This document shows, piece after piece, positions 9,092 through 18,259 of a stretch of 64,000 bases of DNA; the first letter of the stretch is position 1; the number at the start of each line of letters is the position of its first letter. The translations under genes were made by a program, and so were the position numbers. The DNA is from Myxococcota bacterium (lineage in GTDB: Bacteria; Myxococcota_A; UBA796; CAJQPC01). The notes under the pieces were generated by a model, which worked only from the letters and a program-made list of their open reading frames with translations, ran no database searches and had not been told where the DNA came from. The stretch is taken from the NCBI GenBank assembly GCA_036012755.1, contig DASCPX010000070.1, forward strand, positions 79,034 to 143,033, in the 5' to 3' direction.

Positions 9092-10462
9092 TCACTCCGC
9101 CAGGAGCTCCTCGGCGGCCTCGTGCATCTCCTCCACCTGGGGGAACAGGATCTCCTCCAGCGAGCCCTCGAAAGCCGCCGTCGAGCTCAGGGTCGTGTAG
9201 GGCTCCTGCTCCTCCAGCGCGTAGGGCTCGACCAGGTCGTGGTAGCGGGTCATGCGCTGTCTTTGTGTCTCGAGCTCGAAGGGCGTCTCGACCATCTCCG
9301 CCATGTGCTCCAGGTAGCGCTCGCGGTAGACCGGGTCGTCTGCCAGGTAGCGGATCAGGGGCCAGTCGTCGTCCACCTCGTCCATGCCCAGGGTCAGGGG
9401 CGCTGCGTGGCCCTCCCAGCCGTAGCTCATGTTGAAGTCCCAGGGGATCCACACCAGCCGGCCGTCCTCTTCGGGGTCGCCGTAGAGGTAGTAGTTGTGG
9501 GACATGTTGCCGTAGCTGTCCCAGTTCTCCAGCAGGTTGTTCAGGGCCAGGTAGCGCAGGAAGGCGTCGACCTCGAAGGTGGCCTCGAGCCCCTCTCTCC
9601 AGGCCTCGGCGTCGCTGCGGTCGGCGTTGAGGGCATCCACGAAGGCCTCGACGTCGCCGAAGTCGTCCTCGGCCTCGTTGGTCTTCTTCTCGAAGCCGGT
9701 CGCGTCGAACTCCATCAGCTGGGCGGGACCCCCCTCGGGCTTGTAGGCGTTGCCGCTGTCGCCTCCGAACCAGTCGTCCAGCATCTCCCCCGCGGGGTCC
9801 TCGAAGGCGGTGTAGAGCCCCCAGAAGACCGGCCCGTCCCCGACATCGACGTAGACGCGCATGAAGCCACCCCGTGCCGCGGGCACGCCCGCATCTCGGA
9901 AGGTCTCCGCGGTCGCCTTGTCCCGGATCAGGCTGTCGTCCTTGAATCCGCTGGAGAACTTCAGGACCTTGAAGCCCCAGAAGCGCTGGTCCTCGATCTC
10001 CGGGATGTCGTCCTCGAACTGGTCGAACTCCAGGCGGAAGGGCAGCTTGCCGGAGCCCTCCATGTAAGCCTGCATCAGGCTGGAGTTCCCCTTGAAGCGC
10101 ATGCCCACGCTCGGCCAGGTGCGGTCGTCGAAGGAGACGTCGACCGGCACGTAGACCGGGTCAGCCAGCGCTTCTGGCGGCTCGCCCCCGGGTCCTCCTC
10201 CTCCCGGCCCGCCTCCTCCGGGTCCTCCGTCCATGTCCCCGTAGAGCGCATCGAGGTCATCCACCATGACCTGCCACCTCGCATCGCAGATGCTGATGTC
10301 GAGGCGAGGCACGGCATCCTCTGGCAAGACGAGGTCGGCCTGGCCGTCGACCCCCTTGGCGTGAGAGGTCTCGGACCAGCCGACGGCTTCCATGCTCGTG
10401 CAGTCGTCGTCGGAGTTGGTGGTGGTTTCAGGGCTGCAGGCGAGTACAAGGTAGAGAAGCAA
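9092..10462 (-). CDS. CotH kinase-family lipoprotein
   Basis: N-terminus MLLYLVLAC. CotH-type core WDSYGNMSHNYYLYGDPEEDGRLVWIPWDFN. Contains a Gly/Pro linker GGPGGGGPGGGGPGG. Confidence 0.85.
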   Translation of the reverse strand: MLLYLVLACSPETTTNSDDDCTSMEAVGWSETSHAKGVDGQADLVLPEDAVPRLDISICDARWQVMVDDLDALYGDMDGGPGGGGPGGGGPGGEPPEALADPVYVPVDVSFDDRTWPSVGMRFKGNSSLMQAYMEGSGKLPFRLEFDQFEDDIPEIEDQRFWGFKVLKFSSGFKDDSLIRDKATAETFRDAGVPAARGGFMRVYVDVGDGPVFWGLYTAFEDPAGEMLDDWFGGDSGNAYKPEGGPAQLMEFDATGFEKKTNEAEDDFGDVEAFVDALNADRSDAEAWREGLEATFEVDAFLRYLALNNLLENWDSYGNMSHNYYLYGDPEEDGRLVWIPWDFNMSYGWEGHAAPLTLGMDEVDDDWPLIRYLADDPVYRERYLEHMAEMVETPFELETQRQRMTRYHDLVEPYALEEQEPYTTLSSTAAFEGSLEEILFPQVEEMHEAAEELLAE

Positions 10463-10529
10463 CGCGCACTCGTGACAGGGGTCACCAGGTAAACGCAGCA
10501 GGGCGGAAAACCTGTGCCGGATACTCCTA

Positions 10530-12200
10530 TTACTTCAGCGCCTCCTCCGCGTAGGCCTCCAGCTGGCTCCAGTCCCCGGTCCAGGTCGTGTACATCATCC
10601 CGGCGAGCTCGATCCCGGCGGCCTCCTCCTTTTCCGAGGCCGCGGAGGCCGCGCCGTCGCCGCTGTCGTAGAAGCCGGCGATGACCTGGTCGTGGCCGAG
10701 GCCGTCGAAGTGGGCCAGGGACTCCGGGCTGTGGAGCCAGTTCACCAGCAGCACGTCCTGCTCCAGCCCCTCCCAGCTCCCGGAGATGTCTCCGTCGACG
10801 AGGTAGTAGTCGTCGTGGGCGTTGTGGTTGGGGTCGAACATGTCCGACCAGACCAACAGCCGGGACCCCGGCCGCGCGGTCTCCACCGCGGCCTGGATCG
10901 AGACCATGTGGTCGGCCAGGAGTTCGCCGGCGCTCTGGCCAGTTCCGGCGCAGGCCCCGCAGGTGTTCATGTGGCGCATCTCGTCGTGCATCGAGAACAC
11001 CGCCGGGGCCTCCGGGAAGCGCTCCGCGACCGCAGCGAGGTTGTCCGCCACCCAGGTGTGGACCGCGGGCTCGGTCAGGCAGGCGCCGACCTGGTAGCCG
11101 TAGACCGGCGCGACCGCGTAGTAGTCGAGTTCGACACGGTCTCCGACCGACAAGGAGCTCCCCTCCGGCACCGTGATCACGACCGGCTCGTGCCACTCGT
11201 CGAAGGTGCCGTCGTCCCTCAGTCGCGTGTCGACGAGGTCGTCGAGGTCCACCCCCTCGATCAGCTCGCGGCCATCCGAGCGGGCGTCGATGGGAGCCCC
11301 GTCCCGGCGGATCAGGTTCACCGGGGCGGTCTCGGTCACGCTCACGTCGTCGAACCACGCAGTGCCCGAGTGGTTGCCCCAGACGCCCAGGTAGAGCGAG
11401 ACGGTCTGCGCCTCTGCCGTGTTGACCGTGATGTCGTAGCGGGTCCAGTCCTGGGTCGAGGACATCTCCCAGGTGGTGCTGTTCAGCGAGCGCCCGGCGT
11501 CGGTGTCGTAGAGCATCACGTTGAACCAGTCCGCCGAGAAGTCCTGGGTCTTCAGGCGGAACGAGACGTGGAGCTGGCGGTGGGGCTCGACGTCCAGGGT
11601 CTGGACCAGGCGGGCGTTGTCCGAGCCCTCCTCGACACGGGCCGCGCCGTCGTCCGCGCTGACTCCGTCGTCCCACCAGGTCCAGCCGGCGAGGCCCGAG
11701 CTGAAGTCGCCGCCGGGCAGGGACACCTCGGAGTCCACCTCGAGCACCCCGGCGCTGCCCACGACGAAGGGCTGGGCGACCACCGCCTGGCCCTCCGCGA
11801 GGTTGGCGTCGCTTCGCAGGATGCCCTCGCTGTAGCCGAAGGGCAGCACCGCGGGGATGGCCACCATGCCGTGCTCCTCGATCCGCGCGAGCAGCGCGGC
11901 GAGGTGCTCGTCGTAGGTCTCGTCCAGGGCGCCGGTGTGCAGCAGGTGGACCTTGAAGTCCGCCACCACGACCCCGGTGTAGCCAGCGGCTGCGGCCCTA
12001 TCGACGATGGACAGGGCCTCGTCGAGGTTCTCGTCCACGAGGAGGTTGTGGCGCAGGTAGATCCAGAGCTGGAAGCCCTCTGGCCAGTCGGCCTCCGGAG
12101 GCTCGCTCTCGAGAGGCTCGCTCTCCGAGACGAGTCGGCTGTCGTCTTGGGGCTCGGGGGTGCTCGAGGGAGAAGGGCAGGCGAGCAAGGCGAAGAGCAT
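10530..12200 (-). CDS. lipoprotein, TIM-barrel hydrolase-like with an inserted CBM4/9-like carbohydrate-binding module (tentative)
   Basis: Real start taken as ATG 12200 (MLFALLAC). The 106-aa upstream extension in the track is Arg/Ser-rich junk. The central segment GGDFSSGLAGWTWW…GTAWFDDVSVTE resembles CBM4/9 jelly-roll modules. Confidence 0.65.
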   Translation of the reverse strand: MLFALLACPSPSSTPEPQDDSRLVSESEPLESEPPEADWPEGFQLWIYLRHNLLVDENLDEALSIVDRAAAAGYTGVVVADFKVHLLHTGALDETYDEHLAALLARIEEHGMVAIPAVLPFGYSEGILRSDANLAEGQAVVAQPFVVGSAGVLEVDSEVSLPGGDFSSGLAGWTWWDDGVSADDGAARVEEGSDNARLVQTLDVEPHRQLHVSFRLKTQDFSADWFNVMLYDTDAGRSLNSTTWEMSSTQDWTRYDITVNTAEAQTVSLYLGVWGNHSGTAWFDDVSVTETAPVNLIRRDGAPIDARSDGRELIEGVDLDDLVDTRLRDDGTFDEWHEPVVITVPEGSSLSVGDRVELDYYAVAPVYGYQVGACLTEPAVHTWVADNLAAVAERFPEAPAVFSMHDEMRHMNTCGACAGTGQSAGELLADHMVSIQAAVETARPGSRLLVWSDMFDPNHNAHDDYYLVDGDISGSWEGLEQDVLLVNWLHSPESLAHFDGLGHDQVIAGFYDSGDGAASAASEKEEAAGIELAGMMYTTWTGDWSQLEAYAEEALK

Positions 12201-12447
12201 GGAGCGGTCTAACTCGCGTCCCGATGGCCTCGGTGTGGTTTCTGGCATCTGCGCGCTCCTCGGGCCCTGGCTCCTGGCGCTGGTCCTGCTCCGACGACGC
12301 CCCGTCTTCCGAGCGGACGACCTCGGCTGAACCCAGCGCTCACGACGTTTCGAGCGCGACGACTCCAGGAGCAACGTGATCGTCACGACCCGGGCCCGAT
12401 TCGCCTGATAGACCGGCGTCAATCGAGATCCACTGCCCGAGGAGCCC

Positions 12448-14631
12448 ATGTCCGCCACCGCCCGTTTCGCTGCGATCCAGACCGCCAACTCCCGCACCCC
12501 CCGCAAGATGCAGCGCATCCAGGGAGAGGACGGGCGTCCCCTGACCGCAGCCGAGCTCTACGGCCGGAACACCTTCTCCCTCGAGTTGATGGGGAACAAG
12601 CTCCCCAAGGCGGTCTTCAAGCGCGTCGAGGCGAGCATCCTCAGGGGAGCCACCCTCGAGGCGGCTGACGCCGATGTCATCGCCCACGCCGTGAAGGAGT
12701 GGGCGCTGGATTGCGGCTGCACGCACTTCACGCACTGGTTCCAGCCGATGACCGGCTCCACCGCCGAGAAGCACGACGCCTTCCTCACCTTCGACGGCGA
12801 GGGCCGGGCCATCGAGCGCTTCAGCGGCTCCATGCTCATCCAGTCCGAGCCGGACGCCTCCAGCTTCCCCTCGGGCGGCATGCGCTCGACCTTCGAGGCC
12901 CGCGGCTACACGGCCTGGGATCCCTCCAGCCCGATGTTCATCATGGAGGGCGACAACGGCAAGACGCTCTGCATCCCCTCGGCCTTCATCAGCTACACCG
13001 GCGAGGCCCTGGACAAGAAGACGCCGCTGTTGCGGTCCATGCAGGCCATCAACGCCGCGGCCAACACGCTGTTGGCCAGCCTCGGCATGGAGCCCACCCA
13101 CGTCACGCCCACGCTGGGCTGCGAGCAGGAGTACTTCCTCGTCGACAGCGCTTACTGGGCCCTGCGCCCCGACCTCGCCATCGGCGGACGGACCGTCACG
13201 GGCGCCGCGCCCCCGAAGGGCCAGAGCCTGGACGACCACTACTTCGGCAGCATCAACGCCCGCGTGCAGGCCTACATGCAGGAGGTCGAGCAGGAGCTCT
13301 ACAAGCTCGGCGTCCCGGCCAAGACCCGCCACAACGAGGTCGCTCCCTGCCAGTTCGAGCTGGCTCCGGTCTACCGCGAGGCCAACGTCGGGGTCGATCA
13401 CAACCAGCTGACGATGGAGGTCCTCCGCCGCGTCGCGCTGCGCCACGACTTCCGCGTGCTGCTCCACGAGAAGCCCTACGCCGACATCAACGGCTCCGGC
13501 AAGCACAACAACTGGTCACTGTCGGACTCCAGCGGCGACAACTGGCTCGAGCCCACCGACAGCCCCAACGACAACATCCGCTTCCTCGCGGTGCTCGGCG
13601 CCGTGCTGCTCGGCGTCCAGCGCTACGGCGGCCTGCTGCGTGCCTCGGTGGCCAGCTACGAGAACGACTTCCGGCTCGGCGCGAACGAGGCGCCCCCTGC
13701 CATCATGAGCTGCTTCCTGGGCGAGATGCTGACGCGCATCTGCAATGCCCTGGCGGAGGGCGGCAACCTCCCGGCCGAGCCGGAGGCTGCGGTCATCGAG
13801 CTCGGCGTGAAGAACCTGCCCCACGTCGCAAAGGACAGCACCGACCGGAACCGCACCAGCCCCGTCGCCTTCACGGGCAACAAGTTCGAGTTCCGCGCGG
13901 TCGGCTCCAGCCAGAACCCCGCGTGGCCAGTCACGGTGCTCAACACCATCGTGGCCGAGGGCATGCTCCAGATCGCCGCCTGGGCCGACGATGCAGGCGG
14001 CGGCGCCCTCGGGGCCATGGACGCGATTTCTCGCGCCATGAAGGAGTCCGTCGCCGTCCGGTTCGAGGGCGACGGCTACAGCGATGAGTGGCTGGCGGAG
14101 GCCGAGAAGATCGGGCTCAAGAACCTGCGCAAGACGCCAGAGGCCCTCGACGAGCTCCGCCACGACGACGTCGTCAAGGTCTTCGTCAAGCACGGCGTGC
14201 TCAGCCCCGCAGAGGTCGAGAGTCGCTACAACGTTCTCTCCGAGCAGTACGTCACGGCGGTCGCCATCGAGGCCGACGCGCTTGAGATCGTGGTCGACGA
14301 GATGGTCCTCCCGGCAGCCATGGCCGACCGCGCATCCCTGGCCGATGGTCTGAGGGCGCTCTTGGACCTGCAGGCTCGCGGCGTGACCGTCGACACCACG
14401 CCAGAGGTCGCCCGCCTGGACGCCCTCGGCGGCGCCCTGGCTTCCCTGACCTCGGCCAGGGCCCGGCTGGACGTGGCGCTGGAGACGGCTGGCCACGACG
14501 CCCACGCCAACGTGCGCGAGGTGCTCCCGGTGATGGAGGAGATCCGCGTGGCCGTCGATACCCTCGAGGGTGTCGTGGCGGACGGCCTGTGGCCGCTCCC
14601 GAAGTACCGCGAGATGCTCTTCCTGGTCTGA
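12448..14631 (+). CDS. glnN: glutamine synthetase type III
   Basis: 727 aa. The N-terminus (…YGRNTFSLELMGNKLPKAVFKRV…THFTHWFQPMTGSTAEKHDAFL) and length are characteristic of GSIII. Confidence 0.92.
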   Translation: MSATARFAAIQTANSRTPRKMQRIQGEDGRPLTAAELYGRNTFSLELMGNKLPKAVFKRVEASILRGATLEAADADVIAHAVKEWALDCGCTHFTHWFQPMTGSTAEKHDAFLTFDGEGRAIERFSGSMLIQSEPDASSFPSGGMRSTFEARGYTAWDPSSPMFIMEGDNGKTLCIPSAFISYTGEALDKKTPLLRSMQAINAAANTLLASLGMEPTHVTPTLGCEQEYFLVDSAYWALRPDLAIGGRTVTGAAPPKGQSLDDHYFGSINARVQAYMQEVEQELYKLGVPAKTRHNEVAPCQFELAPVYREANVGVDHNQLTMEVLRRVALRHDFRVLLHEKPYADINGSGKHNNWSLSDSSGDNWLEPTDSPNDNIRFLAVLGAVLLGVQRYGGLLRASVASYENDFRLGANEAPPAIMSCFLGEMLTRICNALAEGGNLPAEPEAAVIELGVKNLPHVAKDSTDRNRTSPVAFTGNKFEFRAVGSSQNPAWPVTVLNTIVAEGMLQIAAWADDAGGGALGAMDAISRAMKESVAVRFEGDGYSDEWLAEAEKIGLKNLRKTPEALDELRHDDVVKVFVKHGVLSPAEVESRYNVLSEQYVTAVAIEADALEIVVDEMVLPAAMADRASLADGLRALLDLQARGVTVDTTPEVARLDALGGALASLTSARARLDVALETAGHDAHANVREVLPVMEEIRVAVDTLEGVVADGLWPLPKYREMLFLV

Positions 14632-14662
14632 GGCCGCGCCGGAGAGCCGGTACCCTGCGAGC

Positions 14663-16054
14663 GTGAAGCCCACCGACTGGCTCGGCCTGTCCCTAGCAGT
14701 GGCTTCCGGGGTGATCCTCGTCATGGTCACCCTGAACACCCCTGTCCCCGCCTCGGATCTGCCTGGCTACCTGGCCATGGCCCGGGACGGGGTCCTCGAC
14801 GTCGACGTCGGCACGTGGGCCGAGGGCCGGGAGTTCGTCAACGGCAGCTGGCTCTACCAGCGAGCGGCCTGGGAGCTCTTCCAGCTCGGCGGGTGGGAGC
14901 TCCTCGTCGCCCTCAACGCGCTGGCGGTAGCTGGTGCCCTGGTCCTGGTCGGGCGCGTGGGCTGGGAGCGTGGCCGGGGAGTCGGCGCTGGCGTCGCCGT
15001 GCTCATCGCCTCTCTGCTCATGATGCAGAACACGGCCATGCGGCCCCAGACCGCGGCCTTCCTGCTCGCGGCGCTCGTGCTGTGGGCGCCTCGGACCTGG
15101 CACGTCGGCGTCTTGACGATCCTGTGGGCCAACGTGCACGGCAGCTTCGTGCTCGCTCCCGCCCTCGCCGGGATCCGCGCGCGGGATCCCTGGCGTGTGG
15201 GCGTGGCGGCGCTGGCCTGGCTCGCCAACCCCTTCGGCTGGGAGCTGTTGTCCTACGTCTTCGACAACTCCTCGCTCCCTGCGGAGAGGGGGCTCGACGA
15301 GTGGTCCGCGACCCCCCTGTTGTCTCCGATCGGCTTGCGCCTGTTCTGCGCTCTGGCTGTCGGCCTCGGCCTCGCCATCAAGCGCCGGCCTCCGGTCTTC
15401 GAGGTCATCGTCGCTGGCGTGCTCGCCGTGCTCGCGCTCACCGCGGTGCGGCACGTGGCCTGGCTCGGCCTGGTGCTCGGGCCTCTCGTCGCCGGGTGGC
15501 TTCCGCGCGCTCCCGCTGGCCAGAGCCGCTTCGCTCGGGTCGTCTTCCTGGCTGTCGCCGCGGTCGCCTTGTGCGGGATCGTCCGCTTCCTGCCCTGGCT
15601 TCGAGCGCCGCCCACCTCGCGCGCAGAGGACGCCTGGCTCGAGCCCCAGGCCCCCGTAGAGGTCCTCTCTGCGCTCGATCAGCTCGATCCTGGCGAGGTC
15701 CTCGTGCCCTTCGCCGTCGGCGGGCTGGTGCGCTGGCGGCACCCTCGCTGGCGGGTGCCTGTCGATGTCCGTGTCTGGCTCTACAGCGACGCGGAGTGGG
15801 CCGCCTACGAGCGCACGAGGAGCAGCCCAGCGGCGCTCGTCCTCGTGGACCGCCACCGCGAGAGCGGCCTGGACCGCCACACGGGCCACTGGGTCGTGCT
15901 CGCCGAGGACGGTCGCTGGAGCCTGCGCTCACCCCCCGAAGAGGTCCCGGTTCCTGAGGTGCCGCTCCCGGACGAGCCCCTCCCCGCGGAGCTGCTCGAG
16001 CGCCTCGATGACCTCGACGACATCAGAGGGCTCGCTGCGCCCACCCCGCCTTGA
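14663..16054 (+). CDS. polytopic integral membrane protein, unknown family
   Basis: ORF 14570..16054. Start moved to in-frame GTG 14663 (VKPTDWLGLSLAVASGVILVMV), just after the glnN stop. At least 9 hydrophobic segments. The last ~40 aa are encoded antisense to the conserved TatD C-terminus. Confidence 0.6.
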   Translation: MKPTDWLGLSLAVASGVILVMVTLNTPVPASDLPGYLAMARDGVLDVDVGTWAEGREFVNGSWLYQRAAWELFQLGGWELLVALNALAVAGALVLVGRVGWERGRGVGAGVAVLIASLLMMQNTAMRPQTAAFLLAALVLWAPRTWHVGVLTILWANVHGSFVLAPALAGIRARDPWRVGVAALAWLANPFGWELLSYVFDNSSLPAERGLDEWSATPLLSPIGLRLFCALAVGLGLAIKRRPPVFEVIVAGVLAVLALTAVRHVAWLGLVLGPLVAGWLPRAPAGQSRFARVVFLAVAAVALCGIVRFLPWLRAPPTSRAEDAWLEPQAPVEVLSALDQLDPGEVLVPFAVGGLVRWRHPRWRVPVDVRVWLYSDAEWAAYERTRSSPAALVLVDRHRESGLDRHTGHWVVLAEDGRWSLRSPPEEVPVPEVPLPDEPLPAELLERLDDLDDIRGLAAPTPP

Positions 16055-16642
16055 CTGGGGGGCCTGACCGGGCCCGTCGGACTCCACGAAGAGCCGTTCG
16101 AGCGGCACGACCGCGGCTGCTCGTCTGGGTCTCCTGGCCTCCGTCCAGGTCACGGCCCCACCGAAGCTGAAGCACAGCCCGAGCTCTGAGAAGGCGGGCA
16201 CCAGCTCCGCCGAGCCCGAGTAGCTGTGCATCAACCCGCTCAGCGGCGCGAAGGGTCGGAGCATCTCGAGGAGCGCCACATGGGCGCGAACGCAGTGGAG
16301 CAGCACTGGCAGGCCCCAGTCCTTCGCGAGCTCGAGCTGGCGCCTCAGGACGGCCCGCTGCCGCTGCATCCGGGGTCGAGTCCCGTCCAGACCGCACTCC
16401 CCGACGGCGCAGGCCCCCTGAAGCGGGATGTCATCGAAGTCCGCCAGGAACCAGGGGTGCACACCGAGGGCCCAGGACAGGCCGTGCTCCTCTGCGCACG
16501 CCCGGGTGCGCGCCCAGGTCGACGGATGGGTGCCCGGGATCAGGACGCCGTCGACCCCCGCGGCGCGCGCCCGCGCCACAACCGCGTCGCGGTCTTCGTC
16601 GAACTCGGGGAAGTCGAGGTGGCAGTGGGTGTCGAGCGAAGC
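15929..16642 (-). CDS. tatD: TatD-family metal-dependent hydrolase (start codon unresolved)
   Basis: ASLDTHCHLDFPEF… begins immediately after the pal TGA, in the same frame. GECGLD, LHCV, MHSYSG and ESDGP motifs are present. The first canonical start (GTG 16579) lies downstream of the DTHCH motif. Confidence 0.75.
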   Translation of the reverse strand, partial: ASLDTHCHLDFPEFDEDRDAVVARARAAGVDGVLIPGTHPSTWARTRACAEEHGLSWALGVHPWFLADFDDIPLQGACAVGECGLDGTRPRMQRQRAVLRRQLELAKDWGLPVLLHCVRAHVALLEMLRPFAPLSGLMHSYSGSAELVPAFSELGLCFSFGGAVTWTEARRPRRAAAVVPLERLFVESDGPGQAPQSRRGGRSEPSDVVEVIEALEQLRGEGLVRERHLRNRDLFGG

Positions 16643-17182
16643 TCAGTCCGTGGACGACTTGACCGCGCCGTTGCCACCCCAGGTGACGATGAACTCGGCT
16701 CGCCTGTTCTGCGACCAGGCGCGCTCGTTGGAGTCGCCGGTGAGCGGGGCCTCTTCGCCGTAGCTGATGACCGCCAGCCGAGAGGGCGCCACCCCAGAGC
16801 TGATCATGTAGTCCTTGACCGCGTTGGCGCGCCTGTCGCCAAGGGCCAGGTTGTACTCGGTCGCCCCGCGCTCGTCGGCGTGACCCTGCACCTGCACCTT
16901 GACGTTCGGATGGACCTGCAGGATCTGGATGTTCGCGTCCAGCGCTGCGCGGGACTCCGGCGAGAGCTCGCTCACGTCGAAGTCGAAGTAGACCTTGTTG
17001 AAGTTGTCGACGATGGTCTGCACGTGCTGCGGGATTGTCGACGCGTCCTCGCTGCCGGAGCCGTCCGTACCGTCCGCCGTGCCGTCCGTGAGCTCGGGCG
17101 GGACCTCTGTGACCTCGCCCTTGTTGCGCTTGCAGGTCGCGGCCATGGTCAGTGTCAGGAACAAGAGCGTGGTGATGCGCAT
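16643..17182 (-). CDS. pal: peptidoglycan-associated lipoprotein (OmpA-family)
   Basis: ATG at 17182 (MRITTLLFLTLTMAATC lipobox). OmpA_C motifs GHADERGATEYNLALGDRRA and NRRAEF. The upstream 213 aa of the track ORF were rejected. Confidence 0.9.
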   Translation of the reverse strand: MRITTLLFLTLTMAATCKRNKGEVTEVPPELTDGTADGTDGSGSEDASTIPQHVQTIVDNFNKVYFDFDVSELSPESRAALDANIQILQVHPNVKVQVQGHADERGATEYNLALGDRRANAVKDYMISSGVAPSRLAVISYGEEAPLTGDSNERAWSQNRRAEFIVTWGGNGAVKSSTD

Positions 17183-17269
17183 GCTGGGATGCCTCCTATT
17201 CAGGATCCTATCGTGATCTTCAAGAGTTCGCACCGATCTTGGGCGTGATGGAATAGCCTCGCACTTGTC

Positions 17270-18259
17270 ATGTCGACACCGCCTCTCCATCACTGGTCGG
17301 AACTGGCCGGACTGCCATGGCGGCCGCTGTCCGGCGGCTTGATCAACAACACCTGGGTCGTCGGGGTTCCTCCTGTCGCGGTCGTGCAGGAGCTCAACCC
17401 GATCTTCCCGCCCCGCGTGAACGAGGACATAGAGGCCGTCACCGCTCACGTCGCCTCGCGGGGCATGTGCACGCCGCGGCTGCTCACAACGGTCGGAGGC
17501 GAGCTCTGCTCGGGTCGGTGGCGGGCCCTGAGCTTCGTGCCCGGGCAGACCTTCGACAAGCTCTCCGAGCCGCGCGTGGCGGCCGCTGCCGGCGCCCTGG
17601 TCGCCCGCTGGCACCGGGCCACCAGCGACCTCGAGCACGACTTCGCCTTCTCTCGGCCCCTGGCCCATCACACGCCTCACCACATGACCGTGCTGGAGAG
17701 CGCCCTGGACGAGCATCGGACACACCGGCTCAGGGGTGACGTCGCCGGGCTCGCAGAGGGCATCCTGGGGGGCTGGCGGAGCTGGCAGGGCGACCTCGAC
17801 GAGCCGACCCGCGTGGCCCACGGGGACCTCAAGGTCAGCAACCTGCGCTTCGACGAGGAGGGCGGCGGCGTCTGCCTGCTCGACCTGGACACGATGGGGC
17901 AGCTGCCGCTGTCGGTGGAGCTAGGGGACGCCTGGCGCAGCTGGTGCAACCCCGCCGCAGAGGACGTCCTGGACGCCCAGTTCTCCCTCCCGCTCTTCGA
18001 GGCCAGCGCCAGGGCCTACCTCGACGTCCACCCACTCTCCGCCGAGCAGCGCGAGCGCCTCCCCGCCGGCATCGAGCGCATCTGCCTGGAGCTCGCCGCC
18101 CGCTTCGCCGCCGACGCCTTGAACGAGACCTACTTCGGCTGGAGCGCCGAGGTCGCCCCCACCAGGGGCGAGCACAACCTCCTCCGTGCCCGAGGTCAGC
18201 TCAGCCTTGCCCGCTCGGTCCGCCGCGAGCGCGCCTCGATCGACTCGCTCATCGCCTGA
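17270..18259 (+). CDS. aminoglycoside/choline-kinase-like phosphotransferase family protein
   Basis: Brenner motif HGDLKVSNLRF followed by LLDLDT (Mg-binding Asp). Confidence 0.75.
   Translation: MSTPPLHHWSELAGLPWRPLSGGLINNTWVVGVPPVAVVQELNPIFPPRVNEDIEAVTAHVASRGMCTPRLLTTVGGELCSGRWRALSFVPGQTFDKLSEPRVAAAAGALVARWHRATSDLEHDFAFSRPLAHHTPHHMTVLESALDEHRTHRLRGDVAGLAEGILGGWRSWQGDLDEPTRVAHGDLKVSNLRFDEEGGGVCLLDLDTMGQLPLSVELGDAWRSWCNPAAEDVLDAQFSLPLFEASARAYLDVHPLSAEQRERLPAGIERICLELAARFAADALNETYFGWSAEVAPTRGEHNLLRARGQLSLARSVRRERASIDSLIA

Noticed and set aside
12201-12518. 106-aa N-terminal extension of the CBM lipoprotein ORF
   Set aside because: The extension is Arg/Ser-rich and would overlap the glnN start. 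An internal ATG gives a lipobox N-terminus like the other lipoproteins here.
16579-17182. Pal-TatD read-through fusion via the TGA at 16643-16645 (or a second Sec site)
   Set aside because: No SECIS-like hairpin follows this TGA. Pal and TatD are functionally unrelated, and a periplasmic lipoprotein fused to a cytoplasmic nuclease is implausible. It is kept only as a start-codon anomaly.
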